Source: Solirubrobacteraceae bacterium
Lineage (GTDB): Bacteria; Actinomycetota; Thermoleophilia; Solirubrobacterales; Solirubrobacteraceae
Reading direction: 5' to 3'
DNA length: 64,000 nucleotides
NCBI GenBank assembly: GCA_035569835.1
Contig: DATMMF010000028.1
Location: forward strand, 40,071-104,070
Below, one piece after another: positions 11,354-24,524 of the stretch (positions are counted from its first letter, which is position 1; each line of letters opens with the position of its first letter). A program made the position numbers and the translations under genes. Under the pieces are notes generated by a model. That model was not told the origin of the DNA, ran no database searches, and worked only from the letters and a program-made list of their open reading frames with translations.

Positions 11354-12095
11354 GACGATCGTCCTCGGGTGGCGCCAGTACCGCCTCGAGCGCAAGATGT
11401 TCTGGCGCAACCCGAGCGCCGCCTTCTTCAACTTCGTGCTGCCGCTGCTGTTCCTCGCGGCCGGCGGCGCGATCCTCAGCGGCAGCCAGCGCGACCTGAA
11501 CAAGCTGCTCCCCGCGATCGGCGCGATGAGCGTGATGGCGACGACGTTCACGGCACTCGCCTACAACATCGTGTTCCTGCGCGAGCGCGGCGTGCTGAAG
11601 CGGATCCGGGGCACCCCGCTGCCGACGTTCTCCTACTTCTCCGGCGTCGCCGCGAACGCGGTGACCAACACCGCGTTGCAGATCGCGATCGTGATCATCG
11701 CCGGCGAGGTCATCTTCGGGATCGGCTGGCCGCGCGAATGGGTCGAGCTGATCGTGTTCGTGCTGGTCGGTGTCGTGAGCTTTGCCGCGCTCGGAGTCGC
11801 CTTCGCCCACGCGATCCCGAACTTCGAGTCGACCGCCGCCTACGTCAACGCGGTGTTCCTGCCCGTCGTGTTCGTCTCCTTCTACGTGTTCGACTCGGCC
11901 AGCGCGCCGGGCTTCCTGCGCAGCATCGCCGAAGCCCTGCCGCTCGAGCCGTTGATCGTCGGTCTGTCCGGAGCGATGGTGACCGGCAAGTCGCTCGCGG
12001 ACAACCTCGATCAGCTCGCCGTGATCGCGCTGTGGGGAGCCTTCGGCATGTTCCTCGCTGTGCGAGGCTTCACGTGGGAGCGCACCGGCGGATAG
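11346..12095 (+). CDS. ABC-2 type permease
   Basis: Six TM segments, LRERGVLKRIRGTP motif, overlaps the ATPase gene. Confidence 0.9.
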   Translation: MAETIVLGWRQYRLERKMFWRNPSAAFFNFVLPLLFLAAGGAILSGSQRDLNKLLPAIGAMSVMATTFTALAYNIVFLRERGVLKRIRGTPLPTFSYFSGVAANAVTNTALQIAIVIIAGEVIFGIGWPREWVELIVFVLVGVVSFAALGVAFAHAIPNFESTAAYVNAVFLPVVFVSFYVFDSASAPGFLRSIAEALPLEPLIVGLSGAMVTGKSLADNLDQLAVIALWGAFGMFLAVRGFTWERTGG

Positions 12096-12108
12096 CGGAG
12101 GGGGTCCG

Positions 12109-12798
12109 ATGAGAGAGCTGGCTGACGGCCTGTGGCAGCTGAGCGGCTGGCCGCGAAACGCGATCAACGTCTACGTCGCCGAGGACGTGCTGATCGACGC
12201 CGCGACGAAGCAGGCGCACCGTCGCATCTTCGCTCAGCTCGCAGGGCGGCAGCTGAGCGCCCACGCCCTCACGCACGCGCACCCGGACCATCAGGGTTGC
12301 TCGCACGCGGTCTGCGAACGGCTGGGGATCCCGCTGTGGTGCGGGCGCGGCGACGTGCGCGCGATGGAGACGCCCGGCGGGATCGCAAGCTCCCAGGTGC
12401 CCGGTTGGATCAACGCGCTGCAGCAGCGCTTCTGGACGGGACCGCCGCATCCGGTCTCGCGCGCGCTCGCGGAGGGCGACGAGGTGGCCGGCTTCACCGT
12501 GCTGGAGTCCCCCGGCCACTCGCCCGGGCAGGTCGCCTACTGGCGCGCGTCCGACCGCGTGCTGCTCCTCGGCGACGTGCTGAACAACATCAACGTTCGG
12601 ACCGGGCGCCCCGGCCTGCACGAGCCGCCCGACGTGTTCACGCCGGACCCCCCGCGCAACCGCGCCTCGGCGCGCCGCCTGGCCGAGCTGCGCCCGCGGC
12701 TGACCTGCTTCGGCCATGGCGCGCCGCTGCGCGACCCGGGCCGGCTCACCGAGTTCGTCGACTCCTTGCCGGTCGATCACACGGCCCCGCCGAGCTGA
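12109..12798 (+). CDS. Metallo-beta-lactamase fold hydrolase
   Basis: THAHPDHQG, PGHS, LGD and FGHG metal-binding motifs. Confidence 0.9.
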   Translation: MRELADGLWQLSGWPRNAINVYVAEDVLIDAATKQAHRRIFAQLAGRQLSAHALTHAHPDHQGCSHAVCERLGIPLWCGRGDVRAMETPGGIASSQVPGWINALQQRFWTGPPHPVSRALAEGDEVAGFTVLESPGHSPGQVAYWRASDRVLLLGDVLNNINVRTGRPGLHEPPDVFTPDPPRNRASARRLAELRPRLTCFGHGAPLRDPGRLTEFVDSLPVDHTAPPS

Positions 12799-12806
12799 GC
12801 ACCCGC

Positions 12807-13622
12807 GTGGGCGAGCCGATCTTCAGCGCCGCGGGCGCGTTCTTCGCGCCGAGCGAGCAGGCGCGCGGGCCGTGGGATCCGCGGGCGCTGCACGGCGGCG
12901 CTCCGGCGGCGCTGATCGCGAGCGAGTTCGAGCGCCACGAGCCGGTTCCCGGGGCGCAGATCGCGCGGCTCGGCTTCGAGCTGCTGCGGCCGATCCCGTT
13001 CGCGCCGCTGCGCGTCCTCACCCGCACCCTGCGCCCGGGGCGGCGCGTGCAGGAGCTCGCCGCCGAACTGTTTGCGGACCTGGGCGGCGGCGATGAGCAG
13101 CTCGTCTGCCGCGCCAGCGCGCTGCGCGTGCAGGCGATCCCCGAGCAGCTGCCGGAGCTCCCGGCCGGAGCGCTCGCCGGCGAGCGGATGCCTGGGCCGG
13201 ACGAGGCCGAGCCGATCTCCTTCGCGCTGGACCCGGAGAACGACCAGCCGAGCTTTGCCGCCACCGCGATGGAGATGCGCTGGCTCGATGACCCCTGGCG
13301 GCCCGGCCCCGGACGGGTCTGGCAGCGGCTTCGCTATCCGCTCGTCGACGACGAGCCCGCCAGCCCGCTCGCGCGCGTGGCCGCAAGCGCCGACTTCGGC
13401 AACGGGATCAGCGCGAGCCTGCCGTTCGACGGGTGGCTGTTCATCAACGCCGACCTGCACGTGCACCTGCACCGCCAGCCGCGCGGCGAGTGGATCGGGC
13501 TCGACGCCCGCACGCTGCTGCATGCCGGCGGGACCGGCCTCGCGGAGACCGTGCTGCACGACCTCGACGGTCCGGTCGGCCGCGGCTTTCAGACGCTCGT
13601 CGTGGCGCCGCGCGAGCAGTGA
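12807..13622 (+). CDS. Acyl-CoA thioesterase (double hotdog) family
   Basis: ARGPWDPRALHGGAPAAL, ADFGNG, INADLHVHLHRQP motifs; start GTG 12807 or CTG 12795. Confidence 0.85.
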   Translation: MGEPIFSAAGAFFAPSEQARGPWDPRALHGGAPAALIASEFERHEPVPGAQIARLGFELLRPIPFAPLRVLTRTLRPGRRVQELAAELFADLGGGDEQLVCRASALRVQAIPEQLPELPAGALAGERMPGPDEAEPISFALDPENDQPSFAATAMEMRWLDDPWRPGPGRVWQRLRYPLVDDEPASPLARVAASADFGNGISASLPFDGWLFINADLHVHLHRQPRGEWIGLDARTLLHAGGTGLAETVLHDLDGPVGRGFQTLVVAPREQ

Positions 13623-13676
13623 GCGAACCCATCGGGGGCGGCCGCACGTCTGCAGGCGCTCGCCGTCGTGGGGCGC

Positions 13677-14624
13677 CTAGCGGTAGACGACGTCGCCGAG
13701 CGCGGCGTCGATGCCGGCGAGCGTCTGCTCGTCGAGCGTGATGCCGGACGCAGAGGCGTTTTCGCGCACCTGCTCGGGGCGGCTCGCGCCCACGATCGCG
13801 GACGCCACGTTGCGCTGGCGCAGGACCCACGCGAGCGCGAGCTGGGCCATCGTCAGCCCGGCTGCCGCGGCGACGTCGCGCAGCCGCTCGACGGCCTCGA
13901 GGATCGGCTCGGTCATCAGCCCGCCGATGAAGCCGCCCATGCTCTCGCTCGCCGCGCGCGAGTCGGCCGGCGGCGCCTGTCCCGGGTGGTAGCGGCCGGC
14001 CAGCACGCCCTGGGCCAGCGGCGACCAGACGATCTGCGAGATCCCCTCCCGTTCGCAGAGCGGGATCAGCTCCGCCTCGGGTCCGCGGACGAGCATCGAG
14101 TACTGCGGCTGGCTCGAGACCCACCGCTGCACGCCAGGGATCGCGAGCGAGCGCTCGACCTCCTCGACGGGCCACTCGCTGAAGCCGATGTAGCGCGCCT
14201 TGCCTTCCCCTACGACCTCGGTGAGCGCGCCCATCGTCTCCTCGAGCGGCGTCTCGCGGTCGAAGCGGTGGCACTGGTAGAGGTCGACGTAGTCGGTCTG
14301 CAGCCGCTGCAGGGAGGCGTCGATCTGCTTGTGGATCTGCTCGGCCGAGAGCCCCTTGTCGGTGTCCGACATCGGGAAGTACACCTTGGTCGCGAGCACG
14401 TAGGAGGAGCGATCGCGGCCCGCGAGCACCTCTCCCAGCAGCGCCTCGGCGGCGCCGCGGCCGTAGACGTTGGCCGTGTCGATGAAGTTGATGCCCTCCT
14501 CGAACGCCGCCTCGACGCACGCCTTGGCCTGTTCCTGGCTCACGCCGCCGGAGTAGGTCAGCCACGAGCCAAGGCTGATCTCCGAGACCTCCAGGTCGCT
14601 CGTGCCGAGCCTGCGGTAATCCAC
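13677..14624 (-). CDS. Aldo/keto reductase (Kv-beta/Tas-like)
   Basis: RRLGTSDLEVSEISLGSW, DTANVYG, TDYVDLYQCH, WSPLAQG motifs. Confidence 0.93.
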   Translation of the reverse strand: MDYRRLGTSDLEVSEISLGSWLTYSGGVSQEQAKACVEAAFEEGINFIDTANVYGRGAAEALLGEVLAGRDRSSYVLATKVYFPMSDTDKGLSAEQIHKQIDASLQRLQTDYVDLYQCHRFDRETPLEETMGALTEVVGEGKARYIGFSEWPVEEVERSLAIPGVQRWVSSQPQYSMLVRGPEAELIPLCEREGISQIVWSPLAQGVLAGRYHPGQAPPADSRAASESMGGFIGGLMTEPILEAVERLRDVAAAAGLTMAQLALAWVLRQRNVASAIVGASRPEQVRENASASGITLDEQTLAGIDAALGDVVYR

Positions 14625-14649
14625 GCCGCCACACTACCCTGATCGGGGC

Positions 14650-15495
14650 ATGGCCACGATCGATCCGGCCCTGAGGATCCGCTCGGTGCGCCTCGCCGTC
14701 GCAGACCTGGCGAGGAGCGCGGAGTTCTATGAGCGCGTGCTCGGGCTGGCGCTCCTCGAGCAGGACGATGGGCGCGCGCTGCTCGGCGCGGACCCGGCGG
14801 ATCCCGCGCTCGAGCTGGTCGCGATCGACGGCGGCGCCCGTCCCGCGCCCCCTCGCAGCACGGGCTTGTTCCACGTGGCTTGGCTGCATCCCTCGCGCGA
14901 GGCGCTGGCCGACACGGTCCGCCGCATCGCCGCCTCGCGCTGGCCGCTGACCGGCGCCTCGGACCATGGCGTCTCCGAGGCGCTGTACCTCGACGACCCC
15001 GACGGGCTGGGGATCGAGGTGTACGCCGACCGCCCGCGCGAGCAATGGGGCCGCGGGCCCGGAGGCGGCTACGAGATCTTCACGGCGCCGCTCGACCTCG
15101 ACGACCTGATGAGCACCTCGACGTCCGCGCCCGAGCCGCGCGTCGCGCCCGGCACGGGGATCGGCCACGTGCACCTGAAGGTGGCGGAGGTCGATCGCGC
15201 GGCCCGCTTCTACGAGCGGCTCGGCTTCGACGAGCAAGCCCGCATCCCGGCTGCCTCGTTCCTCTCCGCCGGCGGCTACCACCATCACATCGGCGTCAAC
15301 ACCTGGCAGAGCGCGGGCGCCGCCCCGGCGCCGCCCCAGGCGCCGGGCCTGCGCCGGGTCGCGTTCGAGCTCAGCGGCCTCGCGGCACTCGACGAGCTCG
15401 CGGCGGCGGCCGCCGGCGACGCCGAGCGCCACGACGGCGAGCTGCGGCTCGCCGATGCCGACGGACAGGCGCTGAGCTTCTCCGCGCGGGCCTGA
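14650..15495 (+). CDS. VOC/glyoxalase family, CatE-like catechol 2,3-dioxygenase
   Basis: GLFHVA, GASDHGVSEALYLDDPDGLGIEVY, GHVHL and GYHHHIGVNTW motifs. Confidence 0.85.
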   Translation: MATIDPALRIRSVRLAVADLARSAEFYERVLGLALLEQDDGRALLGADPADPALELVAIDGGARPAPPRSTGLFHVAWLHPSREALADTVRRIAASRWPLTGASDHGVSEALYLDDPDGLGIEVYADRPREQWGRGPGGGYEIFTAPLDLDDLMSTSTSAPEPRVAPGTGIGHVHLKVAEVDRAARFYERLGFDEQARIPAASFLSAGGYHHHIGVNTWQSAGAAPAPPQAPGLRRVAFELSGLAALDELAAAAAGDAERHDGELRLADADGQALSFSARA

Positions 15496-15507
15496 CGCGG
15501 GCGGCGC

Positions 15508-16434
15508 TCAGCTCGTGGCGCTCGCGGCGCCGAGCAGCGCGAGCTCCTCGCCCGTGAGCTTCAACTCGGCGAACGCGAGCAGCTCACGCAGCTGCGCGGT
15601 CGTCCTCGCGCTCGCGATCGGCGCGAGCACGGTCGGCTGGGCGGCCAGCCAGGCGAGCGCGACGGCAGCGTCGCCCGAGGAGTGTGCGCGGCTGACCTCG
15701 TCGAGCGCGTCGAGCACGGCGGCGCCGCGCTCGTTGACGTAGCGCTCGAGCACTGCGGCGGCGCGCGGGCTCTCGACCTCCGGGCCGCCGCGGCGGTACT
15801 TGCCGGTCAGAAAGCCGCTCGCGAGCCCGTAGTAGGGAACGGACTCGACGCCGTGCGCGGCGCAGAGCGGCTCCAGCTCGCGCTCGTAGGAGCGCTCCAT
15901 CAGGTTGTACTGGTCCTGCAGGGCGACGTAGCTCGCCAGCTCTGCCTGGCGTCCCAGCTCCAGCGCCTGCTCGAGCCGCTGCGGGGAGTAGTTGGAGGCG
16001 CCCGCATAGCGGATCTTGTCCTCGGCGATCAGCGTGCCGAACGCGACGAGCGTCTCCTCGATCGGCGTATCGGGATCGTCCTTGTGCGCGTAGTAGAGAT
16101 CGATGCGGTCCGTCCCCAGGCGCGCGAGCGACTCCTCGCAGGCCGCGGCGATCGTCTGCGCCGAAAGCCCGCGCCGCGCCGCCGACATCCCGACCTTGGT
16201 CGCGATCACGAGCTCGTCGCGGTTGCCGCGCGAGGCCATCCACCGCCCGATGATCTGCTCGGAGAAGCCCGGGCCCGCGCCGCGGCCGCCGTACACGTCG
16301 GCCGTGTCGATGAAGTTGCCGCCCGCCTCTCGATACGCGTCGAGCACCGCGAAGGACTGCTCCTCGTCGAGCGTCCAGCCGAACACGTTGCCGCCGAGGC
16401 ACAGCGGGGAGACGTCGAGCTCGGTGTCGCCCAG
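15508..16434 (-). CDS. Aldo/keto reductase
   Basis: Homologous frame extends upstream of the ORF call (LGDTELDVSPLCLGGNVFG); DTADVYG and DRIDLYYAH; start uncertain, CTG 16434 proposed. Confidence 0.88.
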   Translation of the reverse strand: MGDTELDVSPLCLGGNVFGWTLDEEQSFAVLDAYREAGGNFIDTADVYGGRGAGPGFSEQIIGRWMASRGNRDELVIATKVGMSAARRGLSAQTIAAACEESLARLGTDRIDLYYAHKDDPDTPIEETLVAFGTLIAEDKIRYAGASNYSPQRLEQALELGRQAELASYVALQDQYNLMERSYERELEPLCAAHGVESVPYYGLASGFLTGKYRRGGPEVESPRAAAVLERYVNERGAAVLDALDEVSRAHSSGDAAVALAWLAAQPTVLAPIASARTTAQLRELLAFAELKLTGEELALLGAASATS

Positions 16435-16588
16435 TCGCGCGATTCCCCCACCCTAGTTGCACGAGCACGTTCATCAGGTCAGACGGGCGACCGGATGAGG
16501 GAACGGACACAGACTCTTAACCGGGGCTTGATGTTCCTCGGGCACGGTGGGCGTCGGAGGAGGGAATCTCGATTGGAAGGAGAGATTC

Positions 16589-16798
16589 ATGGCCAGGATC
16601 ATCGTGGCGGCCGACCCCGAGGCCACACGCGGACGTCCCCAGCCGGGAGACTCCGGACCGGTGCTGCTGGATGAGAGGGTGAGCTCCATCCACCTGTCGG
16701 ACGGCTACGCGGCCGAGCAGCTGATCGAGCGTCTCGCCTGGGCGGTCACAGACGCCGAGGAGACCGAGCGCGCGGGACCCGTGGCCGCCGCGCGCTGA
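16589..16798 (+). CDS. Small hypothetical protein (69 aa)
   Basis: Strong SD GAAGGAG before ATG 16589; plausible globular sequence. Confidence 0.7.
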   Translation: MARIIVAADPEATRGRPQPGDSGPVLLDERVSSIHLSDGYAAEQLIERLAWAVTDAEETERAGPVAAAR

Positions 16799-16812
16799 GC
16801 ACCAACCGGCGC

Positions 16813-16845
16813 GGCCGGCGCCCACCTCCCCCGGGGGCGCCGGCC
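16813..16845. terminator. GC hairpin between convergent genes
   Basis: GGCCGGCGCCC / GGGCGCCGGCC 11-bp stem. Confidence 0.5.
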
Positions 16846-16870
16846 GGCGCCGCGCCCGCAGCGCGAACGC

Positions 16871-17383
16871 TCAGAACGGCTCGCCCAGCACTTCGACCGC
16901 GCCGGGCGGCCAGCCCGCGCCGTCGCGCAGTGGCGCCCACATCGCGCGCAGCGGCATCTCGACTCGCCCCGCGGGCTGCTCGGCGGTGACGGGCGCGTCG
17001 ATCAGCAGGAAGCCGAACCCCTCGTAGAGCGAGACGAGCGGCTCGCGGCAGAACAGCATCGCGCGCTCCGGCCCGAGGCGGCGGGCGACATCGAGGCTGC
17101 CCTCGATGACGAGCCTCGCGAGGCCGCGGCCGCGCACGTCGGGCCGCACGATCACGCTGCCGATCCCGACCACGGGAAAGGGCGGCTGCGCATCCACCCT
17201 CACCTCGGCGATCAGCGCGCCGGCCAGCGCGAGCAGCTCGCCGTGCTCGGCGGGGACGCCGACGTGGTGGTGCTTCTCGGCCCACTCGAGCCCTTCCGCC
17301 TCGCCACCCCAGGGGTGCGGGTCATCGCCCAGCAGCGCACGCCGCTGGTCCGAGTCGACGACTGGCAGCTCGATCGCCCGCAC
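16871..17383 (-). CDS. GNAT family acetyltransferase
   Basis: IGSVIVRPDVRGRGLA acetyl-CoA motif and LYEGFGF. Confidence 0.9.
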   Translation of the reverse strand: MRAIELPVVDSDQRRALLGDDPHPWGGEAEGLEWAEKHHHVGVPAEHGELLALAGALIAEVRVDAQPPFPVVGIGSVIVRPDVRGRGLARLVIEGSLDVARRLGPERAMLFCREPLVSLYEGFGFLLIDAPVTAEQPAGRVEMPLRAMWAPLRDGAGWPPGAVEVLGEPF

Positions 17384-17415
17384 GCGGCGAGTCTAGTCTC
17401 GGCACCCCGCGGCCA

Positions 17416-21017
<3,602 letters not shown>

Positions 21018-21021
<4 letters not shown>

Positions 21022-21251
21022 CTCTGCACGTACCAGCGGCCGGTGTCGAGATCGTGGAAGACGACGATGTTCCGTCCCCGCACGCCGATCAGCTCCCAAT
21101 AGCGGCGGCGCAGCGGATGGGCGTCCCACCAGCGGTCCTCGACCAGCCAGGACTCGCGCATCGCCTCGACGGGTTCGCCGTCGACCTCGGCGGGAAGGCC
21201 CTCCCCCCAGCGCACACGGGCCGGTCTCGGGGCATTCAGCGCACGTGCCAC
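21018..21251 (-). CDS. Small WW-motif protein resembling DUF6504 and the ImuB C-terminal domain
   Basis: 77 aa, SWLVEDRWW..RRRYWEL; own SD GGAGG; ATGA overlap with dnaE2. Confidence 0.8.
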
Positions 21252-21281
21252 GAGGAGACGACCTCCATGCCGTCTTTACGA

Positions 21282-22529
21282 TCAGACATCCGCCACCGGC
21301 GCCAGTACCACGCGCCGCTCGGGAACGCGCGAGTCGGGGTCGACGAAGACGGCGCGCAGCGCCGCGTCACGTCCGGCGACGGCCCGCACCTGCGCGACCG
21401 CATCGCCAAGCCGCGAAAGGCGGGCTCCCCGGCCTTGGTCGAGCAGCGTGCCCTGCTCGCCCTGCGGCGGCCCGAAGCCCTCGACGGCCAGCCGCAGCGC
21501 CGCCGCGGGTGCGGGCAGCAGCTCCAGCCGCAGCGACAGGGCCAGCAGGATCCGCTCGGGGTCCGAGACGGGCTCGCGGAAGACGACGCGCTCGCTCCAG
21601 CTCCCTCCAGAGACGAGCTCGGCCGAGAGCGTCACCGCGCGCAGTGTCCGCCCGCGGCGCTCGGCCCGCGCGAGCACGCGGCTGACGAGCACCCCCAGCA
21701 CCCGCTTCAGCGCCGCTCCGCTGGCGGCATCGCCGACGCCCATCTCCTCCTCGAGCCGCTCGCGGGGAAGGCGCGGGCGCAGCGGGTGGTCCTCGCCGCA
21801 GGCCAGCCGGTGCGCCAGCCCACCGGCTTCGCCGAAGCGGTCGGTGAGCTCGCCGCGTCCGATCTTCGCCAGCTCGCCCAGCGTGAGCACGCCGAGACGC
21901 CTCAGCGGCGCCACGAGCGCGGCCGTGCCTTCGCGATGCTCCAGCAGATCGACCGGCCTGCCCGCCAGCCAGCGCCGCGCCTCGGCGGGCTCGATCGCGA
22001 GCGCGCGGCGCGAGGGCGCAGCCAGCGCGGCGGCGAGCGCACAGAAGCGCACCGGCGCGAGTCCGATCCGCGCGGGCCGGCCCAGCGCGCGCCGCGCGGC
22101 CGCGATCGTCCCCTCCCGCGTTCCGTGCAGACCGTTCAGCCCGCCCGTCTCGAAGAAGGCCAGCCCCCGGGCCGGCATGGAGCGCCGACCCGGTTCCAAA
22201 TCTCCCTCGGCCTGCTCCACGGCGGCACCGATCGACTCGAGCGCGCGCAGCGAGGACTCCCAGATCTCCTCGACACGAACGGGGTTACCAGGCAAGAGAA
22301 CCAGTTCGGGACAGCGCGCCAGCGCCTCCCCGAGCAGCATGCCCCGGCTGACGCCATGTGCTTCGGCGGCCCCGGATACCTCCCCCAGCCGCCCCGCTGC
22401 AGCCGCTCCGCCGGCGTTCACCGGCGGTGCGACCGCCAGCGCTCCCCCCGCCAGCGCCTGCCGCGCCAAGCTCGATCCCTCGGCGGCGGCCACGAGCTCG
22501 AAACGCGGCAGATACACGCAGGCGACCAT
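21282..22529 (-). CDS. imuB: ImuB-like catalytically inactive Y-family polymerase
   Basis: VACVYLPRF without catalytic Asp, GMLLGEALARCP, QGTLL clamp-motif-like sequence, PERR near the end; directly upstream of dnaE2. Confidence 0.88.
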   Translation of the reverse strand: MVACVYLPRFELVAAAEGSSLARQALAGGALAVAPPVNAGGAAAAGRLGEVSGAAEAHGVSRGMLLGEALARCPELVLLPGNPVRVEEIWESSLRALESIGAAVEQAEGDLEPGRRSMPARGLAFFETGGLNGLHGTREGTIAAARRALGRPARIGLAPVRFCALAAALAAPSRRALAIEPAEARRWLAGRPVDLLEHREGTAALVAPLRRLGVLTLGELAKIGRGELTDRFGEAGGLAHRLACGEDHPLRPRLPRERLEEEMGVGDAASGAALKRVLGVLVSRVLARAERRGRTLRAVTLSAELVSGGSWSERVVFREPVSDPERILLALSLRLELLPAPAAALRLAVEGFGPPQGEQGTLLDQGRGARLSRLGDAVAQVRAVAGRDAALRAVFVDPDSRVPERRVVLAPVADV

Positions 22530-22530
22530 A

Positions 22531-22544
22531 CGAACGTATGTTCG
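22531..22544. promoter_or_regulatory. LexA SOS box (Gram-positive type)
   Basis: CGAACGTATGTTCG matches CGAAC-N4-GTTCG, 1 bp upstream of the imuB ATG; TTGACT (22566-22561) lies 17 nt upstream of GAACAT. Confidence 0.9.
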
Positions 22545-22638
22545 CATCCGGCGGCGTCGTAGTCAAAACCGGGTGCTGTGCAGGGACTTCACGAGATGTC
22601 GCCCGCCTCTTGCACCGAGGCGCGCTAGCGTGACCGTC

Positions 22639-22946
22639 GTGCCGGCGCTGTTCGTCGTCGAGAACACCAAGGGCCCCGCCTACGATCGCTCGCGCGACGC
22701 CGTGAACAGGACGGCTGGGACGAGCACGCCAAGTTCATGGATGGCCTCCTCGAGCGGCGCATGATCGTGATGGGCGGACCGGTGGGCGACATCGACGAGG
22801 GCGAGAACACGCTGCTGGTCATGCGCGCCGAGGACGAGGCCGAGGTGCGCGCCGCGTTCGAGCCCGATCCCTGGCACGAGACGGTCCTGCACCTCGCGCG
22901 CGTCGAGCCATGGACGCTGTGGCTCGGCGAGCTCGACGGCGAGTAG
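22639..22946 (+). pseudogene. YciI-like protein with an apparent 1-nt frameshift near 22690-22697
   Basis: VPALFVVENTKGPAYDRS in one frame, RREQDGWDEHAKFMDGLL..GGPVGD..DPW in another. Confidence 0.7.
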
Positions 22947-23028
22947 AGGCCGCCGGGCGCCGGTCCGCTGTCAGAGCTCGAACATCTCAGCTTCGGAGCG
23001 TTCATCAAGCATCTTCCCCGCCCCGACG

Positions 23029-23448
23029 ATGCCCGTGGTGATGGACGGGAACTCCGACACGCCCGAGGCGAGCCAACCGCGCACGCTCAGCGACGGCACC
23101 ATCGCGACGGTGGCGACCGTGATCGGCGCGCTTGTCGCGATCCCCGCGCTGCTGGCGCTGCTCGGCACCGCCGCGATCCGGCTGGGCGGCTCCTCCACGG
23201 GCACCGGCATCGCCGCGATCTTCGACTTCGCCTACCTGCTCCTCGGCGTGGGCCTGATGATGCGCCGCGAGCTCGCGCGCCAGATCTACTGTGTGCTCGC
23301 CGTGATCAGCCTTGTCCTGGACCTGGGCGGCGTCATCCTGGGCGGCGGACACCACCTCGCCGGCTACCTCGCAGGCCTTCTCCTGACCGGCGCCCTGCTC
23401 TACTTCCTGACGCGGCCTGACGTCGCCCGCGCCTTCCACTCGGCCTAG
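23029..23448 (+). CDS. Hypothetical membrane protein (about 4 TM)
   Basis: 139-aa ORF with four hydrophobic segments. Confidence 0.65.
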   Translation: MPVVMDGNSDTPEASQPRTLSDGTIATVATVIGALVAIPALLALLGTAAIRLGGSSTGTGIAAIFDFAYLLLGVGLMMRRELARQIYCVLAVISLVLDLGGVILGGGHHLAGYLAGLLLTGALLYFLTRPDVARAFHSA

Positions 23449-24518
23449 AGCGCCGAGTCCGGAGGCCGCTTCGCCCACGAAGGCACACGTGGGCGCACCC
23501 GCAGCAGCGCGCGCCACGTCGGCGCGTCGAGGACGCCGGTGCGGGCCAGGCGGTGATGTGCCTGGAAGCGGACGAGCGCCCGCCCCGTCTGCGCGCCGAA
23601 GAAGCCGCCCGCGGGCAGATGCGCGCCCGCTCCGTTGAGCAGCTCCTGTGCCCACAGCACCTCGTCGCCGTCCGCGCCCGGCCTGACCGTCGCCGGCCGC
23701 GCCGCCAGCCGGATCGCGGGCGCGACGTGCGGGACGACCGCGGCGAGCAGCGCCGGTTCGGCGGAGTCGAGGTCGAAGAAGCTCGCGCCGGGCGATCCGT
23801 GCTCCGCCGCGAACGTCGCGAACTGCCCCACTTCCGCTGCGCCGACCCCGCCGTAGAGCTGGCCCACCGGCACGATCGGGCGGCCGTAGAGGGCGTTCTC
23901 GCCGATCGCGACGCTGACGGCGGCGCCCGGCGTCAGGCCGAGGTCGTGCCAGTAGGCCTGCGGCATGTCCAGCTGGAAGGCGCCGGGGCCCAGGAACACC
24001 GAGTACGGGAACTTGGGGTGCTGGAGTGTCTCCGCCTGGCCCGCCAGCGCGATCGGGAAGGCGCGTCCGAGCGCGCCTCGCAGCGAGCGCACGAACAGCT
24101 GCGCCTGCCCGTAGCGGCTGTCGTACTGGCCCTCGGCGTCGACGACCAGACATTGCGCGCCCGCGCGCACGGCCGCGACCGCGGCCGCCGCTTCACCCGC
24201 CGGGTCGGTGCCGTAGGCGAAGGTCCACGCGCACACGGACAGTCCCGAAGCCCGCAGCGCCGAGACGAGCGCCGGGGTGAACTGCGGGTCGGGCGTCGTG
24301 CCGTCAGCGGCCTTGACGAGCAGCGTGCGCACTCCAGCGGGCCTCGCCTGCGCCGCGATCGCCGCTGGTTCTCCGGCGTGGGCGATCCACAGGCTGGGGG
24401 CGCGCAGCGGCGACGGCTCGGCGCCCGCGGCCGGCGCGCAGAACGCGAGCAGCACGATCGCCGCGGCGCACGGCCTGCCCCGGCGCGCAGCGGCGCGCAG
24501 GCGGGTGCCGCGCCGCAC
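23445..24518 (-). CDS. Secreted putative GH25-like muramidase with C-terminal peptidoglycan-binding domain
   Basis: Signal peptide; VKAADG, VVDAE (DxE) and PQAYW; C-terminal GFFGAQTGRALVRFQ..TGVLDAPTW is PG_binding_1-like. Confidence 0.7.
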   Translation of the reverse strand: MRRGTRLRAAARRGRPCAAAIVLLAFCAPAAGAEPSPLRAPSLWIAHAGEPAAIAAQARPAGVRTLLVKAADGTTPDPQFTPALVSALRASGLSVCAWTFAYGTDPAGEAAAAVAAVRAGAQCLVVDAEGQYDSRYGQAQLFVRSLRGALGRAFPIALAGQAETLQHPKFPYSVFLGPGAFQLDMPQAYWHDLGLTPGAAVSVAIGENALYGRPIVPVGQLYGGVGAAEVGQFATFAAEHGSPGASFFDLDSAEPALLAAVVPHVAPAIRLAARPATVRPGADGDEVLWAQELLNGAGAHLPAGGFFGAQTGRALVRFQAHHRLARTGVLDAPTWRALLRVRPRVPSWAKRPPDSAL

Positions 24519-24524
24519 GCGGGC

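Noticed and set aside
12109-12798. Metallo-beta-lactamase resistance gene
   Set aside because: No signal peptide; generic cytoplasmic MBL-fold hydrolase within a metabolic operon
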